A stretch of DNA of 63,999 nt, counting the filler, from Dirinaria sp. TL-2023a (taxonomy: Eukaryota), in NCBI GenBank assembly GCA_051941275.1. It is 3 parts of 3 records of this genome, joined end to end, with 100 filler letters (N's around TTAATTAATTAA, not from the genome) between each part and the next. Parts side by side here need not be neighbours in the genome. Positions count along the whole stretch, not along the records: positions 44,235 to 63,999 come from JAVEBF010000315.1; 2 more parts are not named here. One strand, 5' to 3'. The position numbers were made by a program, and so were the translations under genes. Below, one piece after another: positions 58,831 to 63,999 of the stretch. Under the pieces are notes generated by a model that was not told the origin of the DNA, ran no database searches, and saw only the letters and a list, made by a program, of their open reading frames with translations. Position 1 is the stretch's first letter; the number at the start of each line of letters is the position of its first letter.

Positions 58831-61091
58831 ATGGACGATGGGCGGACTGAGGTCACCTCTTGCGAATCCAGAGTGCTCATCATAATGACTGGAGGGACCA
58901 TCTGCATGAGAAAGGGTCCAGATGGCTTGGTACCTGCGAGAGGGTTCCTCAAGTCCGGAATGGCTCCGAGACCATCGTTCAATGATGGATCTCCTGTGAA
59001 GCAGGTCCAAGTCATGGCCAATGACCACACCGGTGTCTTGCTACCCAGTTTACGCACGCCCATGAGCTCCTACGACAAACACGTAAGATATGCAGTCATG
59101 GAATTCGAGAATCTCTTAGACAGCAGCTCCATCAATGCCGACGGCTGGACTGAAATAGCCCAAAGCATTTTCAGGAATTACACGTTCTTCGACGGTTTTG
59201 TTGTTTTGCATGGCACTGACTCTATGGCATATACCGCCTCCGCTCTGAGCTTCATGCTGCAGCACCTAGGCAAACCCGTCATCCTGACTGGATCTCAAGC
59301 TCCTATGCTTGAGCTTCAAAATGACGCGACGGACAATCTGTTGGGCTCATTGATTATAGCCGGTACATTCATGATTCCCGAGGTTTGCTTGCTGTTCAAC
59401 TATAAATTATTTCGAGGATGTAGGGCTACTAAAGTCTCTGCCAGCGATTTTGCTGCTTTTGCTTCCCCAAATTTCCCCCCTTTGGCTACCATTACCTCTC
59501 TGAAGACTAATGTGTCATGGGACCTCATCCATCGGCCACAACACATCGAAACATTTAGCGTGCAAATCAACAGCGACATCAATCATGTTGCCTGTCTTCG
59601 CATATTCCCTGGGATCCAACCAGAGATGGTCGATGCTGTGCTTCGAATCCGTGGTTTGAAAGGCCTGGTGTTGGAGACCTTGTGAGTGGCCTCTCTGCTC
59701 TTGTGAATCCTTTGCCTTGGTATTAGAAAGCAGTGGGATTCACCTCTCGGAATCCCTTCTTGAATTATGTTTTGTAAGGGACTTTAATTCAGCCTGCATG
59801 AACAGAATACCTACGCTGACACCGTAGACCTGTAGTGGAGCGGGAAACGCACCTGGTGGCAGAGATGGTGCTCTTACAACAGTTTTGGCCGAGGCCGTGC
59901 AGAGAGGCATTATCATCGTAAATGTAACTCAGTGTAAGTTCTTTTATAACTTATGAGAGGCGTGGCAGACCGCTGTCCTGTCACCAGATGCCGAAAGTTT
60001 GTTCGTATGATACAGGTCTCGGCGCGTTTCGTAGATCAGCTATAAAAGCTTTAGAAGGATTAATGCTTTCGTCATGGGCACATTTGGGATCAGTGAGCTA
60101 TGCCGCTACTTCGTCAAACTGCGAGGTCGTGGTAGCCGCTGGGTCATCTCTGGATGAGAGGTGTTAAGAGTGAATCATGTTGTTGCCACTTCTGCAACGA
60201 CTCATGGCCTCGCATGATCATTACTATTGAGCAAACCACAATGGCAACGTGGTGGATCTACGTCTTTTGAAAAGTGGCATAGGAGTATTTGTTGTCAAAG
60301 GAGATCTTCCTGCAACGGTTTGCGGTTGTCCCATGTCTCGAAATGGCGAAATGGGAACGCTATCGAAGGTTTTCTTCAAAGCCGAGATACGCTTGCTGAT
60401 CTCCAGGTGCAAATAGGTATGACGGGCAGTGTTAGCCCTCTTTATGAGCCTGCTGTGAGACTTACACAAGCGGGTGTGGTTCCTGGCTACGATCTTACAT
60501 CGGAAGCAGCACTGACCAAGCTTTCATTCTTGCTTGGACTTCCCGATCTGGCTATCGACGACGTCACACAGCAGATGTCTAAGTCGCTGAGAGGAGAGAT
60601 CACAGAGCAGGCACCAATTGCGTTCGAGCATCCGTCGATATATCTATCGAAGCGTGTGACGAGTCTGACAGCACTCGGGTATGCAATTGCGTGTGGCAGT
60701 GTTGAGGAGGTTAAGGATCTACTAGAAGGCGATATAGAGTGGATGCTCAACGAAAGCGATTATGCGGGGAACACTCCACTGGTAAGGCGCCGTTCTAGTT
60801 GCAGATGTTGCAAATATGAGTTGCTCCGTTCTCGGCTCACCCACTCAGCATATAGCGTCGACTGGGGCTTCCCTCGAGATCCTTCGGATCCTGCTGCTCA
60901 AAGGAGCATCGGTGCATATACGTAATAAAGGAGGACGGACGCCACTGTTTGTAGCGGCCAATGCAGGCCTCCATGAACACGTTGTGCTGCTGCGGCAGTC
61001 TGGGGCGCACTTTCATGCCGATGAACTCGAGACTGCAAAGATGCAGTCCGGGGACAGACACGCCGCTACGTGGCACCTGGCGGGCGCGTGA
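58831..61091 (+). CDS. Cytosolic type I L-asparaginase with C-terminal ankyrin repeats (60-kDa lysophospholipase/ASPG-like); start uncertain
   Basis: IIMTGGTICM, VVLHGTDSMAY, KPVILTGSQ, LETFGAGNAP, DLTSEAALTKL, ankyrins GNTPLHIA and GRTPLFVAA. Introns ~59682-59835, ~59934-60417 and ~60782-60849. Confidence 0.92.
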
Positions 61092-62678
61092 TTATGGGAC
61101 AGTGAACAGCATGAGATATTCCCATGGCGTGGTAAGTACGTTGGAATCTTGAAATGACTCCTCTCTCCTGCGAACACCCCTCAGAAGTTACGAGGACATT
61201 TGAGTGATGCACCATAAGCACGCTGGCGCAGACAGACCATAAGCAAGTGAGGGCATTTTCCCACCTGTCATGGTCCGGCGGAAGAGATCTACAGAACACA
61301 GTTGTTCGGCTCACGAAGACCCAGGATGTTTAGTAATGTATGATCCCCAATACAGACGGAACTGTCCAGCAGCATGAGGATGATTGAACAGATGAGGGAT
61401 TTCCCCGGATCGGCTCACTAGGTACTGTCCATCGTACATGACAAGTACCCATTGTCTTGAGGCTCCTTTGGCATTCCCTATTGGAGTCAAAATGCACGAC
61501 AGCGAATCATCGAAAGTTGGTTGATGATGTGACAGCACCTGTAGGATCATGTACTTCCGTGTATGATACTTTTCTCATAGCCCCACCTCCTACCATACCT
61601 TAAAGCTTCCAGCAGTTCAAAGAGCCAAAGCCAAGCCCAGAACCCCTCACTCAACTCACCATCCTAGGTACAGGACTGTTGAGGACGTTGACTTGTACCT
61701 TACCTACCTAGGTAAAAGTGCTGTAAGGTACATTACTGTGTACCGAACAAGAGTCCGCTTTACTAAAAAAGTAAAACCCTTTAAGATATCTCGCCATCCG
61801 ATCGATGGACGCGGGCCGGCTGTTTCTCGTCCTACTTTAGCCTCTGAGGAAGGTATTCTTGATACGTAAGAACGCGAGCGTAGTGCATCCCTGCAACCAT
61901 TCGCTGGCCGTAGATTTCAACCCGCTACCTCCTCTCTTCTTCCCATCATCGTCATTCTGCTTCCCCATTACTTTACCCAGACCTGCCTCTGCTCAAAACG
62001 GCGCGCACAAGCGGGTGCGCCTTCTCTTCTTCTCCGCGGACCTTCCTGTATCGTCATGCCTGTTCTTGCTTTCCTCCCACCGCATTCCCGCTTTTGCGAT
62101 CGGACCAAGCTCCGCTCGAGATTCGAGTCAAGCGACAAATAGATAACAAGTGATGGCTGCTAGAGGTATCCTTTACTTTGCCTCTGCACTCCAGTAGCAG
62201 CTTCTTCGGCGTCTCGTACCACCATCAGCTCATACGTTGCTTGCTCCACATGTCAATAATTTCTAGCGCACCGTCCACACCTTTCTTAGTTCCTACGCTT
62301 CGCGTCGGTGGCCGCCATCTCTGTTAGCTAAGCCGGCCACCATTGCAGAAGGAGTAGTGTTTTCTTCTGTCATCAGAAAAAATTTTTTGTGCAACTATTG
62401 ACCTAGCTAATGGATGGCATGCATTTGGCGCCCCGAGCCATTTGGTTTGTGGCCCCAAACACATCCCTGGTACCCCAGATAAAAAAGCCTTTTGTACTGC
62501 CGTCCCTGGTTTCTTGTACCACCCTTGACATGGAATCCCTGGAGTCAAACCTGCTACTTTCTCACTCTTTTCATGGTCACAGCAGTCAATCTCTTCCTTC
62601 CAGACGCAGTGCACCCTTTCTGCTTAACCCATCTATTTCTCTCATGAGTTCTAGCTATTCCGCTCTCTGGACTTGCAC

Positions 62679-63724
62679 ATGCCCGGCAAAACACTCGCTC
62701 TTATCAATTCCACAGGCAGACAGGCGGCTTCAGTGGCACGTGTTGCTGCCGCAGTGGGCTATCAGGTGAGAGCCCATGTCAATTCGACGGATGGATCCAT
62801 AGCCCAGGAGCTGCAAAGCCTGCAAAATGTTACACTGGTCCAAGGCTCTCTCACCGACGATAAACTTGTTGCCCGGTTGTTCTCAGGAGTCTCGAAAGCC
62901 TTCATAAATACCATCCCGTGGGGGGACGAGATATGGATCGGGAAGTCGTTGGCGAGCGCTGCGAAGAAGGCTGGTGTGCAACACTACATATACAGCAGCA
63001 TGCCAGACCATGGTATTTACGGCAAAGCATGGCCCAGCTTGCCAATGTGGAGCGTCAAGTTCACTATCGAGAATTACATCCGGCAAGTGAGTGTCCTTTT
63101 CCTCAAGGCCACCTAGATGATGTTGAGATGCATGCAGATAGGCCTACCTGCCACATTTTTGTATACTGGAATTTACAACAATAACTTCACTAGCCTCCCA
63201 TACCCTCTGTTTTGTATGAAACTTCAATCAGATGGTAGTTTCCAGTGGACTGCGCCTTTCCAGCCTGACACGCGTTTACCTTGGCTCGACGCCGAGCACG
63301 ATGTCGGGCCCGCGGTGTTGCAGATATTCAAAGATGGGATCAAAAAATGGTCTGGGCATCGGCAAGTTGAGAGACATTCCTATCGCGAAGAAGCCTGGCT
63401 AATGGGAATGGTAGGATTGCCCTCGCGTTCGAGCTGCTGACGCCGCGAGAAGTATGTACTGCCTTCTCGAAAGCGCTCAATCGCCCTGTACGCTACAAGC
63501 AGGGACCAATCAACATTGAAGTGAGCATTCCGCATGGTTACCGGGAGCAATTGCAGGCGCTCGAACTGTTGTTCGGGAAGTACAATGCACCATACTTCGG
63601 TCCCGATCTTCAGGCTCCCCAAGAGGCTCTGCAGCTATGGGAGGGGTACCGGGGGATCGAAGAATATGCACGGGAGGTGTTCCCTCTCGAAGAGGCGGCA
63701 AATGGTCTCACATGGATGAACTAA
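62679..63724 (+). CDS. nmrA: Nitrogen metabolite repression regulator NmrA (introns 63087-63137 and GC-AG 63362-63414)
   Basis: INSTGRQAASVARVAAAVGY, VQHYIYSSMPDH, GIYNNNFTSLPYPLF, LPWLDAEHDVGPA and YAREVFPLEEAANGLTWM. Confidence 0.93.
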
Positions 63725-63738
63725 TCTGCATTAAGCGT

Positions 63739-63771
63739 GGAGCATGGGAGGAGCATGTGAGGAGCATGTGG
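63739..63771 (+). repeat. Three tandem copies of an 11-mer (GGAGCATGKGR) just downstream of the nmrA stop
   Basis: GGAGCATGGGA GGAGCATGTGA GGAGCATGTGG, read directly. Confidence 0.8.
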
Positions 63772-63999
63772 TACTGAGCATCATGGCTTTGCAATGAGAG
63801 CATTTTGCGTGGGGCTTGTGAACCGGGTTAGAGATAGGAAAAGTGGCATGTTACTGGACATGTTACAGGAAGTTTGGCGCATTGCTTTGTCTTGTTCAAG
63901 TATCGGCAAAGTTCAATGCAAGTCATATTTCAATGAAACCTTTGGGCAAGGGATTTTTCTTTGTTGCCCCTGCCGTGGATGTGCACAAGGCATCTTAAG

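Noticed and set aside
1..63999. CRISPR array, prokaryotic operon or secondary-metabolite cluster
   Set aside because: The window holds spliced fungal housekeeping genes, with no repeat-spacer array and no PKS, NRPS or terpene core gene.

Overview
This is eukaryotic, intron-rich DNA from a filamentous ascomycete (Pezizomycotina; possibly a lichen-forming Lecanoromycete, which is inference only). It consists of three contigs joined by two artificial 100-nt linkers (44N-TTAATTAATTAA-44N at 22020-22119 and 44135-44234). The window is gene-dense housekeeping DNA with about 22 genes. They are: a conserved hypothetical protein with UIM-like motifs, a spliced 57-aa microprotein missed by the ORF track, two TRP/Yvc1-family channels, a Bud3-like RhoGEF, DCC1, a LYC1-like GNAT, an RNF216-like RBR E3 ligase, a short phospholipase D, SEC7, LAT1, SWI6/cdc10, a LYR protein, eIF2-alpha, GCP5, a GT15 mannosyltransferase, COX6, an ELO elongase, a hypothetical protein, an ankyrin-containing L-asparaginase and nmrA. 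I built the exon structures by hand from splice signals. No new multi-gene system could be supported. The most unusual signals are (1) an AT-rich transposon relic with almost no CC/GG but abundant CG and CA/TG, suggesting a non-canonical CpC-targeting RIP-like process, next to an unmutated solo-LTR-like element; (2) local domains where third codon positions become extremely GC-rich around poly(A)/microsatellite-rich noncoding DNA; (3) the RSGGGV-ending microprotein; (4) a degenerate ~95-bp repeat present twice, 51 kb apart; and (5) several splicing oddities (9-nt microexon, GC-AG intron, GAG acceptor, an unusually long intron).
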